Made by a program: the position numbers and the translations under genes. 50,362 nucleotides of DNA from an uncultured Candidatus Saccharibacteria bacterium (lineage in GTDB: Bacteria; Patescibacteriota; Minisyncoccia; Minisyncoccales; Staskawiczbacteraceae). The stretch is from assembly GCA_964453095.1 (NCBI GenBank), contig CAYVRE010000001.1, positions 3,440-53,801 on the forward strand. Reading direction: 5' to 3'. The notes beneath the pieces were generated by a model. That model had not been told where the DNA came from. It saw nothing but the letters and a program-made list of their open reading frames with translations, and did no database searches. Positions 34,452-42,839 of this stretch are shown piece by piece; within the stretch, counting starts at the first letter, position 1; each line of letters opens with the position of its first letter.

Positions 34452-35813
34452 ATGGCGAAAGAATTACCTGACAAATTGCCTCCGCAAAACACTGAAGCAG
34501 AACAATGCCTGCTCGGGTGTTTAATGCTGGACAAAGATGCTATTGTAAAAATAGTTGATTCCATAAAATCAGAGGATTTTTACAAAGGAGCTCACCAGGA
34601 TATTTACCAGGCAATGGCCGAAATATATGAGAGGTCAGAGCCGATAGATATACTTTCTGTTTCAGCCCGGCTGAAAGAAAAAAACAGACTGGAAGGCGTC
34701 GGAGGTTCAGCATATTTGACCTCTTTGATAAATACAGTGCCGACTGCCACCCACGTTTCCAATTACGCAAAAATTGTCAGACAGAAAAAGATATTAAGAG
34801 ACTTGATTTCCGCCTCGGAAGAAATCGGCTTGTCGGCTTTTGATGAATCGGAGGAGGTTGATGTTCTACTGGATAAGGCGGAAAAAACAGTTTTTAGCAT
34901 CGGACAAAGATCTTTAACTCAGGCCTTCCTGCCTATAAAAGAAATACTTTCAGATACATTTGAAAGGCTGGATGAGCTTTCAAAATATGCCGGCAAGATG
35001 CGCGGAGTTCCGACCGGTTTTACCGATTTAGATAAAATTCTGGGCGGTTTGCAGAAATCAGACTTAGTTATTCTGGCCGCCCGGCCTTCAATGGGCAAGA
35101 CGTCTCTGGCCCTGGATATCGCCAGAAATGTCGCGGTTCTTGAAAACAAGCCGGTGGGGCTTTTCAGCTTAGAAATGTCAAAAGACCAGCTGGCCGACCG
35201 TTTGCTCGCATCTATGGCAAACATTAATTTATGGAATCTGAGAAATGGCAGGCTTACATCAGACGACTATTCAAGGATACAGCACGCTATGGGTAGCTTG
35301 TCGGAAGCGCCCCTGTATATTGATGATGCCGGCTCTGTAAATATTTTGCAGATGAGAGCTATGGCAAGGCGGCTCCAGGCTAACAAGGGATTATCATTGA
35401 TTGTTATAGACTATTTACAATTAATGGAACCGATGAATAAATTCCAGTCATCTGTCCAGCAGACAACAGAAAACTCCAGAGCCTTAAAAATGCTGGCCAA
35501 GGAATTAAACGTGCCGGTATTGGTGCTTTCTCAACTTTCCCGCGCGGTTGAAGCCCGTGTGCCTCAAATTCCGAGATTAGCCGACTTGCGCGAATCCGGA
35601 GCCATAGAGCAGGATGCCGATGTGGTTATGTTTATCTACAGGGAAGACAAATACAATGAAAACTCATTAAGCAAAAACATTGCAAAGATATTAATTGAAA
35701 AGCACAGAAACGGTCCGACCGGGGGCCTTGATCTATACTTCGATGAACACAGGGTAAGTTTCAGAAACTTAGACAAAGGAGAGTATTCTTCTGAGGCCGG
35801 CGAAGCAGGATAA
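34452..35813 (+). CDS. dnaB: Replicative DNA helicase DnaB
   Basis: 453 aa. Walker A ARPSMGKTS, IDYLQLM, LSQLSR. The sequence is contiguous with no intein. Confidence 0.95.
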   Translation: MAKELPDKLPPQNTEAEQCLLGCLMLDKDAIVKIVDSIKSEDFYKGAHQDIYQAMAEIYERSEPIDILSVSARLKEKNRLEGVGGSAYLTSLINTVPTATHVSNYAKIVRQKKILRDLISASEEIGLSAFDESEEVDVLLDKAEKTVFSIGQRSLTQAFLPIKEILSDTFERLDELSKYAGKMRGVPTGFTDLDKILGGLQKSDLVILAARPSMGKTSLALDIARNVAVLENKPVGLFSLEMSKDQLADRLLASMANINLWNLRNGRLTSDDYSRIQHAMGSLSEAPLYIDDAGSVNILQMRAMARRLQANKGLSLIVIDYLQLMEPMNKFQSSVQQTTENSRALKMLAKELNVPVLVLSQLSRAVEARVPQIPRLADLRESGAIEQDADVVMFIYREDKYNENSLSKNIAKILIEKHRNGPTGGLDLYFDEHRVSFRNLDKGEYSSEAGEAG

Positions 35814-35816
35814 AAC

Positions 35817-36416
35817 ATGGATTCTATACAAAAACTAATAGATATTTTTAGAAGATTTCCAACGGTTGGCCCGAGAACAGCCAGTCGTTTTGTTTATTAT
35901 TTGCTTAAACTTCCCAAAGAAAAAACAGACGATCTTATTACCGCAATCCAGGAATTAAGGGACAGAATAAAATTGTGCCAATTATGCTTCAATCCTTTTG
36001 AGGGAGAACAGAGCATATGCCCGATCTGCCAGAATCCATTAAGAAACAAAGGGCTGCTTTGCATCGTGGAAAAAGAAAGCGACCTGCTGTCAATTGAAAA
36101 TACAAAAAAATACAACGGCTTATACTTTATTCTGGGAGGAACCGTTGCGATGCTAAAAAAAGATGACCTTAATAATTTGAGAATTGCAGAGTTAAAAAAA
36201 AGAATTAAGGAGAACAGCTTTTCAGAGATAATAATTGCCCTCAACCCGACGCCGGAAGGAAAAGCAACCTCTGCTTTAATTGAACAAACTATAAAAGAAA
36301 TTATTCTATCTCCCGCCTTCAAGGTCACCCATCTTGCTAAAGGCATTCCTGTCGGCGGAGAACTTGAATACGCCGACGAAGAAACGCTGGAATCCGCCTT
36401 TGAAGGCCGCAAGTAA
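35817..36416 (+). CDS. recR: Recombination protein RecR
   Basis: HhH N-terminus, Cys4 finger CQLCFNPFEGEQSICPIC, Toprim LCIVEKESD. Confidence 0.9.
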   Translation: MDSIQKLIDIFRRFPTVGPRTASRFVYYLLKLPKEKTDDLITAIQELRDRIKLCQLCFNPFEGEQSICPICQNPLRNKGLLCIVEKESDLLSIENTKKYNGLYFILGGTVAMLKKDDLNNLRIAELKKRIKENSFSEIIIALNPTPEGKATSALIEQTIKEIILSPAFKVTHLAKGIPVGGELEYADEETLESAFEGRK

Positions 36417-36720
36417 AAAAAGAGCGCCGTATCGTTCTGGTCGCTCACTTGGATTTTCATCCAGGGGAGATACGATACGGCGCTTGTAGAAAGCGTCAGA
36501 GGGAGACAAAAGTCCAGCCTAGGTTTCACAAGTTTTGCGAGGACCCTCGGCGCATTTTGCCGTCACCTCTGACGCCATATATTAAAAACTGACAGGGAAT
36601 GTGATTTGCCAAATTGAGATTTGGGCATACCGGTTCTCCGAAGGTTCGTGTGACGCAACGGCCGACACACACTCCCTGCCAGTTCGGCTGCAAGGAACTT
36701 ATAAAATGATAGTGGCATAT
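36417..36720. ncRNA. Candidate structured non-coding RNA, class unknown, strand unresolved (minus slightly favoured)
   Basis: About 300 nt with no credible ORF and about 48-50% GC in hand-counted lines. Three long stems: 13-bp perfect (36423-36435 / 36472-36484), 10-bp perfect (36493-36502 / 36566-36575) and 11-bp with one position (36593-36603 / 36668-36678). In minus sense the first hairpin is followed by C plus TTTTTTT. Confidence 0.45.
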
Positions 36721-36753
36721 AATAAAAACCCTGTCAAGTTATGACAGAGTTTT
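36720..36753 (-). terminator. Rho-independent terminator after the metallopeptidase-like gene
   Basis: On the minus strand, AAAACTCTGTCA-TAACT-TGACAGGGTTTT (one G-U, minus sense only) followed by TATTAT. Confidence 0.6.
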
Positions 36754-37133
36754 TATATTTTTCTTTCGGCTTGGCGGACTTGGTGCTCATCCATGCCGAA
36801 GTGATGAGCTATTTCATGCCAGACAGTATTTGCAACTGCCTTTTTAATATCTTCTGAACCAAAGAAAGCTTTTTCAATGGGATTTTTAAATATAGTTATT
36901 TTGTCAGGCAAAACCAGGCCGTAGGATTCCCTTTTTGTTAAAGGGACTCCTTCGTACAAACCGAAAAGCAGCCCTCCTTTCATATGAAGTTTTCCCGTCT
37001 GGTAAGGAGTAGGCTCGTCTTCTATAACTATTTCCACATTCTTCAACTTCTGCAGAAACTTTTCCGGAATGGCCTCTATTCCCTCTTTTACTAATTGTTC
37101 GAACTCTTCGTGGGTCATAGATATATAGTACAT
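36753..37133 (-). CDS. Zincin-like metallopeptidase family protein (DUF1025-like)
   Basis: 126 aa. HExxH motif in WHEIAHHFGMDE. An alternative start exists at MTHEEF. Confidence 0.65.
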   Translation of the reverse strand: MYYISMTHEEFEQLVKEGIEAIPEKFLQKLKNVEIVIEDEPTPYQTGKLHMKGGLLFGLYEGVPLTKRESYGLVLPDKITIFKNPIEKAFFGSEDIKKAVANTVWHEIAHHFGMDEHQVRQAERKI

Positions 37134-37135
37134 GC

Positions 37136-37162
37136 AAAAAGGCGCTTTAACAACGCCTTTTT
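37136..37162 (-). terminator. Hairpin plus T-run after the 658-aa surface protein gene
   Basis: On the minus strand, AAAAGGCG-(9 nt)-CGCCTTTT then TG. It ends 3 nt before the first ATG of the next gene. Confidence 0.45.
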
Positions 37163-37176
37163 ACTTTAATCACCTT

Positions 37177-39153
37177 TTATGAGTGTTCTGCTTGTTTAAT
37201 CTGGCTGATTCTTGCGTTGAGCGCTTTCTGCACCCTGTACTCTCTGCTGTTTCTTTTGCGACTGCCAACCCATTTTTCCACCCCGACAAACATTCCTGAC
37301 CTGAACATCCAAATGCCTGCTAAGGCAACCATTAAGGGCAGAACGAACGAATCAACAAATAAGTTGTCGGTTAAGCCGGTGGCAACAGTGCTGGCGCCGT
37401 AAACAGCTGATCTGGTGACAGATACCGATGCATTGCTTACGGGATTATTACCGAATCCGGAGCTGGAAACAGTAACGCTGTTGTTTAAGGTAGTTGTTCC
37501 GTAGCTAAAATTCTGCAAAGAAGCAACCTGTGCCTGATAAGTAATAGTTACTGTCTGGCCGGCGTAAATTGTATTTAAATTGATTCCGGAAGTAATGTCC
37601 CCTGAATAGTTGTAATTGTTAGTATTGCAGTTGCCGTAGTTGCTGTTATTTGATGTACAGGCAACAACCAACTGATTTTTGTAGATAAGGTTAGCAGGGA
37701 ATGAATCTCTGACAAAAACATTATTTACGTCCTGGCTGCCGGTTGTCTGGATAGTAATCATAAACATCAGCATATCAGAAGGATTGGCATAGGCAGTATT
37801 TGACCAGCTTGAGTTTCCGGAAGTAAGGTTCCTGACCGTCTTATTAATTGTCAGCAAGTTACCGCCAGTACCGCCGGCTGTAAATGTCATGTCCTGACCG
37901 TAGACTGTAGTGCCATTGCATAACAGAGCTGCGGCCCTGAAATGGTATGTGTTGTTTGAGCTGTTGTACAAATTTACGTTCTGGCTGAAATTACCCGTGT
38001 AGTTCTGTGACTGATGAGTTGTTTCGCTGCCATAGCTGGTGCTTGATCCGTACTGGAACCAGACATAATTGCTGCAATTAGTACTATTGTAATTATTTAA
38101 ATAACCGTTCAAGGTTACTTGATTATTAGATATATTTGTTGCTGAAGTTGTTTGTACAGTAACGTTTTGCTGAATACACGCATTGTTCTGGCATCCATTC
38201 TGACAGTATTGGATCAAGTCCTGTTGAGTTCCGCAGGAGTCAAACCAGTAAAGATTATTGCCCGAGCATTGCTGGTATGAGTGGTAGGTGCAGCTGGATC
38301 CGCATGACCCGTTACTGCAGGTCTGAAGGCTTGTACAGGTATTCTTCAATTGAGGATCGTCTACATAGGAACAGCTTGAACTAGATGTGCCGGGATTGGC
38401 ACAAGTATATGTTCTGTAGTTCTGATAAACGTTGTTGTTCTGGCAGAAGGGAGAACCGGTGAATCCGTTGGCTCCGCACTCGGAGTTGAAACTGCAGGTG
38501 ATATTAACACACTGCGCATTCTGGCAGATCTGGTTTGAAGCACATTGCTGGAATATATCCTCTTTAGCTCCGCAGGAGTTATACCAATAAACAGCACTGC
38601 CTGAGCATTGCTTGGTAGTATGGGTGGTGCAGGTTGGAGCTATTAAGGTTGCGGTAACTGTAAAGCTGACATCGTTATAGTCAGAGTCTCCACCGCCGGT
38701 TATATCTTCAAAACCTACGGTCCAAGAGTTGGCTCCGTTTGAGACAACATTGGCATGGATAATTCCATCCGGGTTCCTTGATGCAGGACCTGTATGAAAT
38801 GTTAATCCGGAGGGGTTGGTTAAATAAAACTCCAATTCTGCCCCGCTGTTAAACTGGCCCAGATTTAATTGAGTGCCGGTTGGAATGCTTTTTCTATAAC
38901 CCCAGGTAATTTTTGACGGTGACCAAAGACCGACCGCATTATTATACGAAGTAGTATCGCATGCCGGACCTCCTTCCTGCAGCATTGTCAATGTTACATT
39001 GCTGGTTTGGGTTAACACGATTGTCTGGCCGTTAGGAGTAATCCTTGGGCCATCGCAAGCTTGCGCCTCGGTAGGCTGTATCGCTGTATACGCCAAAACT
39101 AAGGCCATCAATAGAAAAACGCCCGTAAATACAACTTTGTTGGTTGTTTTCAT
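37177..39153 (-). CDS. Large secreted surface protein: DUF4114-like N-domain, Cys-rich repeats, Fn3-like and DUF11-like domains, C-terminal TM tail
   Basis: 658 aa. Signal peptide, GFEDITGGGDSDYNDVSFTV (DUF4114-like), and two ~42-aa Cys repeats (C..QCSG...YW.-.SCG). The C-terminal part is paralogous to the 25475-26701 product. The tail reads ...YGASTVATGLTDN-TM-basic. Confidence 0.75.
   Translation of the reverse strand: MKTTNKVVFTGVFLLMALVLAYTAIQPTEAQACDGPRITPNGQTIVLTQTSNVTLTMLQEGGPACDTTSYNNAVGLWSPSKITWGYRKSIPTGTQLNLGQFNSGAELEFYLTNPSGLTFHTGPASRNPDGIIHANVVSNGANSWTVGFEDITGGGDSDYNDVSFTVTATLIAPTCTTHTTKQCSGSAVYWYNSCGAKEDIFQQCASNQICQNAQCVNITCSFNSECGANGFTGSPFCQNNNVYQNYRTYTCANPGTSSSSCSYVDDPQLKNTCTSLQTCSNGSCGSSCTYHSYQQCSGNNLYWFDSCGTQQDLIQYCQNGCQNNACIQQNVTVQTTSATNISNNQVTLNGYLNNYNSTNCSNYVWFQYGSSTSYGSETTHQSQNYTGNFSQNVNLYNSSNNTYHFRAAALLCNGTTVYGQDMTFTAGGTGGNLLTINKTVRNLTSGNSSWSNTAYANPSDMLMFMITIQTTGSQDVNNVFVRDSFPANLIYKNQLVVACTSNNSNYGNCNTNNYNYSGDITSGINLNTIYAGQTVTITYQAQVASLQNFSYGTTTLNNSVTVSSSGFGNNPVSNASVSVTRSAVYGASTVATGLTDNLFVDSFVLPLMVALAGIWMFRSGMFVGVEKWVGSRKRNSREYRVQKALNARISQIKQAEHS
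37180..38157 (-). repeat. Paralogous block shared with 25478-26335
   Basis: See the 25478-26335 entry. Homology starts at VQTTSATNIS. Confidence 0.7.
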
Positions 39154-39222
39154 ATTTTTTAGTATATATTAAGTATTTTTAACTATGCTGTACCCTATCA
39201 TATTCCATAGTTATTGTCAATA

Positions 39223-39918
39223 CTAGTCAGCCAGTTCCGCTTGGACTGCAATCCTCTGATAATTTTTGCCCGGCGGCCAGCAGCTGATAAGTGTCAATGT
39301 ATTCTTACCGGAAAAGGAAGCGTCAGTAGGAACATCCGCGCCCTTCTTAATTATTGTTGTCTGCCTGACAATATATTTATACTGCTTATTGTTAAGGTCT
39401 ATCAAAATTTCGTCGCCGGGGCCTAATTGGCTTAATTTGGTAAAGACCCAGTCGTGCTTTATATTCGGCCAGCCCGGAGGCGCCGAATGGCCTAAAATAA
39501 CGATCTGGCCGACTTGGCCGGGATATACTGATCCGGGATAATATACCACTCCCATATCAAGGTCTTTCTTAAGCAGGGTATTTTCTGTGCTGCTTGAAAA
39601 TATTATCGGAACGGAAATAGATATCTTGGGAATTTCCAATGTATTTTGCTTATCAGTATAGCTGGTCTTGACTTCTTTTAAGGTTTCTCCAGACCCAGAG
39701 GGTACCCCCCGGCTGTGGTTAGGATAAAAATATGCACCCATGGATGAGGCTTCTATGCCAGGATAAGGATTAAAAAAATCATCAACTATTCCGTAAACCG
39801 CCCTGTAATTAAAAATCCAGGAAACATCGCTCCAGTTCATAACTAAAAAGGCGGCTACATATATCAATGCGACAAGCTTGGCCGTTTTTATAAACTGTTC
39901 TTTGTTTAATTTGTTCAT
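39223..39918 (-). CDS. Sortase-family transpeptidase
   Basis: N-terminal TM. Catalytic triad contexts ILGHSAPPGW (His), TLISCWPPG (Cys), QRIAVQAE (Arg). Confidence 0.8.
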   Translation of the reverse strand: MNKLNKEQFIKTAKLVALIYVAAFLVMNWSDVSWIFNYRAVYGIVDDFFNPYPGIEASSMGAYFYPNHSRGVPSGSGETLKEVKTSYTDKQNTLEIPKISISVPIIFSSSTENTLLKKDLDMGVVYYPGSVYPGQVGQIVILGHSAPPGWPNIKHDWVFTKLSQLGPGDEILIDLNNKQYKYIVRQTTIIKKGADVPTDASFSGKNTLTLISCWPPGKNYQRIAVQAELAD

Positions 39919-39920
39919 AT

Positions 39921-40838
39921 CTAAATTATTATCTGGTGAGGAACAATTAAAATCATCGCTTCCCTATTTAACAGCGCGGCAAAAGACAACAGAACGATGA
40001 TAAGGGATGACCTTAAAACAAGCTGCTTTTTAACGGGGATGCTGAAAAATATTGCAAGCATCAAAGCGCCGATTGTTATTAATAAAAATCCGTAAACAAT
40101 GGATTGCAAGAGTTCGCCATAGTTATACAAAGTGAAGGTGTTTTGCGGTTTCTCCACGGATGCGGATGATTCCACCGATTGCGACAGCACTTGCTCTCCG
40201 TCTTCCGGGACAAGTATTTCATTTTCCGGCGCAATGGCTGCTTCTGTTTCTTTTTCATCCTCCACGCTATTTATCGGAGCCGGAGCGCTGTTTTTAGGAG
40301 CGCCGAAAAGCTGGACAACCACTACGGTATTGTTCTGTCCGAATCCGTTCAAAACAGCCGTGCCGATTTCCTTATAGTTTGAATTTAACAAGTTTGCCTT
40401 ATGCGACGGAGAATCCAGCCAGGCTTCGTAAACCTCTTTTGAATCAAAAAATCCGATTGCCAAATTTTCCCCGGCATATTTATAGTTATACCCTATGGTC
40501 CTTAACCAATACCAGGGTGAAATACCCTGCGGGCTGATATGAGAAAAATATTGTTTCTGCACCATATCCTCAGCTTTTAGCCGGGCTGCCTGATCCAGTT
40601 GGTTATTCTCCGTTAATATCTGCAATCCTGAATCCCGCCTTGCCTGGTTAACAAAATCTACCAGCGCTGTTTTTGTTATATCCGCGAAAAATATATTGGG
40701 CGGGAAATTTACGAAGAGGGCAACTGCAAGTATTTTTAATACAAGCAAGCCGACGGCGCAGTACAATAAAAGCCTGCTCTGCAGAAACTCCGGCGCAGAG
40801 TTTTTATCTATTTTAATATTGCCTAATGAATAGTCCAT
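39921..40838 (-). CDS. CAP/SCP/PR1-like domain membrane protein
   Basis: CAP domain (QARRDSGLQ...AARLKAEDMVQKQYFSH...YAGENLA...WLDSPSHKANLL), flanked by TM helices. 2-nt gap to the sortase gene. Confidence 0.75.
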   Translation of the reverse strand: MDYSLGNIKIDKNSAPEFLQSRLLLYCAVGLLVLKILAVALFVNFPPNIFFADITKTALVDFVNQARRDSGLQILTENNQLDQAARLKAEDMVQKQYFSHISPQGISPWYWLRTIGYNYKYAGENLAIGFFDSKEVYEAWLDSPSHKANLLNSNYKEIGTAVLNGFGQNNTVVVVQLFGAPKNSAPAPINSVEDEKETEAAIAPENEILVPEDGEQVLSQSVESSASVEKPQNTFTLYNYGELLQSIVYGFLLITIGALMLAIFFSIPVKKQLVLRSSLIIVLLSFAALLNREAMILIVPHQIII

Positions 40839-40864
40839 AGTTCTATATGTCTGATTACTTATTG

Positions 40865-40893
40865 TTTATACACCAATATTATCGTTTTGTCAA
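40865..40893 (-). promoter_or_regulatory. Near-consensus promoter of the CAP-sortase-surface protein operon
   Basis: On the minus strand, TTGACA (40888-40893), 17 nt, TATAAA (40865-40870). Confidence 0.55.
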
Positions 40894-40920
40894 GAAAAAA
40901 GCCCCGCTAAGACGAGGCTC
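40894..40920 (-). terminator. Rho-independent terminator after ftsQ
   Basis: On the minus strand, AGCCTCG-TCTTAG-CGGGGCT (one G-U, minus sense only) followed by TTTTTT. Confidence 0.65.
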
Positions 40921-40926
40921 AAAAAA

Positions 40927-41778
40927 TTACTTATAATACGCTCTGTCTTTAAATCTTAGATCTATATACTGCAAATTCTTTCTTGCTTCCGGAGCAATCT
41001 CCCCTTTCAATAATAGGTTTAACTTAGCGACCTGCAAGCCGATATTAAAGCCCTGATCTGTGTTAAAGTAAATCTTCCAATTTTCGCTGGTATTGATATT
41101 CAGCTGAATGGGGCTGGTGATAAGCGCTTCTTCTATGTCTATTTCGAAATTTTCTTTCAAACTTTTTTCTATTTCATAAATCGACCCCATTATGTTGCGA
41201 GCGATAACCTCTTCACCGGTAAAAACCTGATTTTCCGCCATCAGCTGCTGCACAACAACCATATCCGGAGCCGGCGCGCTGAGGGGTTCGAAAATTACGC
41301 CGTTGCCGTCTATCAGAAAACACTTTTTCTGATTTTCTACTGTCGGCTGGTCCATAAAAGGACAGAAAACCGCGGCCGGCTTTCTCTCTGTTATCCCTAA
41401 AATTAAAGTGTCAGGAAGTTTTTTGTCTATCTTTATGCTTTCTATAATCGGTAATTTATCTAAAATCTGTTTATTCAGCCTGTCTGCATTAATAAAAAAA
41501 ATGCTTTTAGACGTAAGAGACCAGCCGCCTATACTCAAAAATCTCTTACTGATACTGTCTAAAACAATATCTTCAATAACCTGCTCCTGTGTTTTATCAT
41601 TGCCGGAGATTATAACATTCCCGACTTGAAACTCCGGATAAAAAACCAAGAGATATAAAATGGAAAAGGCGATAATAAGAAACAAAAGAGCCAACCAAAA
41701 AATAGGACTTTTAAAAATTGACCTTCCGGGCTTTCTGCCGTAGATCTTGTTTTTTATGTGTTTTTTCCTGTAAGACAT
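40927..41778 (-). CDS. ftsQ: Cell division protein FtsQ/DivIB
   Basis: 283 aa. N-terminal TM then a POTRA-like FQVGNVIISGNDKTQEQVIEDIV. Confidence 0.75.
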   Translation of the reverse strand: MSYRKKHIKNKIYGRKPGRSIFKSPIFWLALLFLIIAFSILYLLVFYPEFQVGNVIISGNDKTQEQVIEDIVLDSISKRFLSIGGWSLTSKSIFFINADRLNKQILDKLPIIESIKIDKKLPDTLILGITERKPAAVFCPFMDQPTVENQKKCFLIDGNGVIFEPLSAPAPDMVVVQQLMAENQVFTGEEVIARNIMGSIYEIEKSLKENFEIDIEEALITSPIQLNINTSENWKIYFNTDQGFNIGLQVAKLNLLLKGEIAPEARKNLQYIDLRFKDRAYYK

Positions 41779-41786
41779 AAATATAT

Positions 41787-42839
41787 CTACAGATTTCTTT
41801 TCCTTTTTCTTATTCTTTCTATTATATAGTTAAACCAGTATCTTTGGGAGAGTACGTAGTCTTGAGTTTTGACATATTCTTTTCTGTATCCGCCAAAGCC
41901 CATTTTGAATAAAGAGAGTCCGGCCCAAGGGTGCCTGGATTTTTGAGCATCAGATTCAGTAATAACATCCGGAGCTATGCCCCATAAATTATACGCGTTG
42001 CAGCCCCTGCTCTTAGCTTCTTTAATCGCCTCCCATTGCAAGAGATAAGAAACGGGTATTTTATTGTATTTTGAAAGCGATCCTGAGTGGTGGTAGAAGC
42101 ACATCTCCTGCCAAATTACAAAGATGGCGGCTGAAACAACTTCTCCTTTGTATTTTCCTAAAAACAGCGCTATTCCCTTATCTTTGGAAAAAGAATCAAA
42201 CTCTGCTTCCAGATATTTCTCGGGAAACATAACAAAATGATGCCTTTTGGCTGTTTGCGCATAAACCGGCCAGAAAAGCTTCAGGTCAGCAATATCATTA
42301 CTTTTTACAATTTCAATATCGGGATTCTTCTCAGCCTGGCGTATTAAGTATCTTGTTGTCTTGCGCATTCCGGCCAGCAGATCTTCTTCTGACGGTGTGA
42401 TATCAATCTCCCATGTGATTTCCGGGTGGATATGTATGGGGGCGCTTCTGAAGCCAAGTTCTTTAAATACCCCTTCGCAACCAGTTCCGGCAGGCCAAAC
42501 AGAAGATATTCTGATAAAACCGGCCTTTTCCTCTGAAGCAATATTTTTAAGCTCAACCAAAAGCAATTCCAGAATTTCTTTCTTGTCTATTATCTGCAGA
42601 CCCTCGGATATAACAGGCCCGTGCGGTATGAATAAAAAGGTTCCCCTTCTGGCGCTTACTTTCAAAACCAAAATCACCGCAACCAGCGAACCGCTGCCAT
42701 AAACCCCGAAACGCCACATTTTATCCCCCATTGCCTGATTGAACTCCCCCCAATTCCAGGAATGCAAAAATGTCTTCTCTGCGCAAGTATTGAGAAAACC
42801 CTCCCACTCTTCCTTGTTTGTTATCTCTCTTAGTTCCAT
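41787..42839 (-). CDS. FemAB-family aminoacyl-tRNA-dependent peptidoglycan peptidyltransferase (paralog 1)
   Basis: 350 aa. N-terminal ...FLHSWNWGEFNQAMG pattern and a GNAT-like duplicated fold, typical of FemA/FemB/FemX. Confidence 0.75.
   Translation of the reverse strand: MELREITNKEEWEGFLNTCAEKTFLHSWNWGEFNQAMGDKMWRFGVYGSGSLVAVILVLKVSARRGTFLFIPHGPVISEGLQIIDKKEILELLLVELKNIASEEKAGFIRISSVWPAGTGCEGVFKELGFRSAPIHIHPEITWEIDITPSEEDLLAGMRKTTRYLIRQAEKNPDIEIVKSNDIADLKLFWPVYAQTAKRHHFVMFPEKYLEAEFDSFSKDKGIALFLGKYKGEVVSAAIFVIWQEMCFYHHSGSLSKYNKIPVSYLLQWEAIKEAKSRGCNAYNLWGIAPDVITESDAQKSRHPWAGLSLFKMGFGGYRKEYVKTQDYVLSQRYWFNYIIERIRKRKRNL

Noticed and set aside
34452-35813. Intein in DnaB (a common intein host), given the intein in xer
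   Set aside because: The 453-aa protein is of normal length and is collinear through the Walker A/B and IDYLQLM regions. No Cys/HN junctions or endonuclease motifs are present.
35897-36529. 210-aa minus-strand ORF (and the 67-aa ORF at 36306-36509)
   Set aside because: It is antisense to recR, which has unmistakable zinc-finger and Toprim motifs. The product is Ser/Phe-rich and of low complexity. Its 5' part lies in the structured non-coding element.
36417-36720. Assigning the structured element to RNase P RNA, SRP/4.5S RNA, tmRNA, 6S RNA or a group II intron domain V
   Set aside because: There is an AAAGUCCAGCCU stretch that weakly resembles the RNase P CR-I (AAAGUCCGGGCU). However, no matching CR-V/P4 partner exists and the element is too short. 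No GGAA/AGCAGC SRP helix-8 motif, no tRNA-like ends and no resume-codon tag are present. The GAGCGCCGTAT... hairpin is twice the size of domain V. The element is left unclassified.
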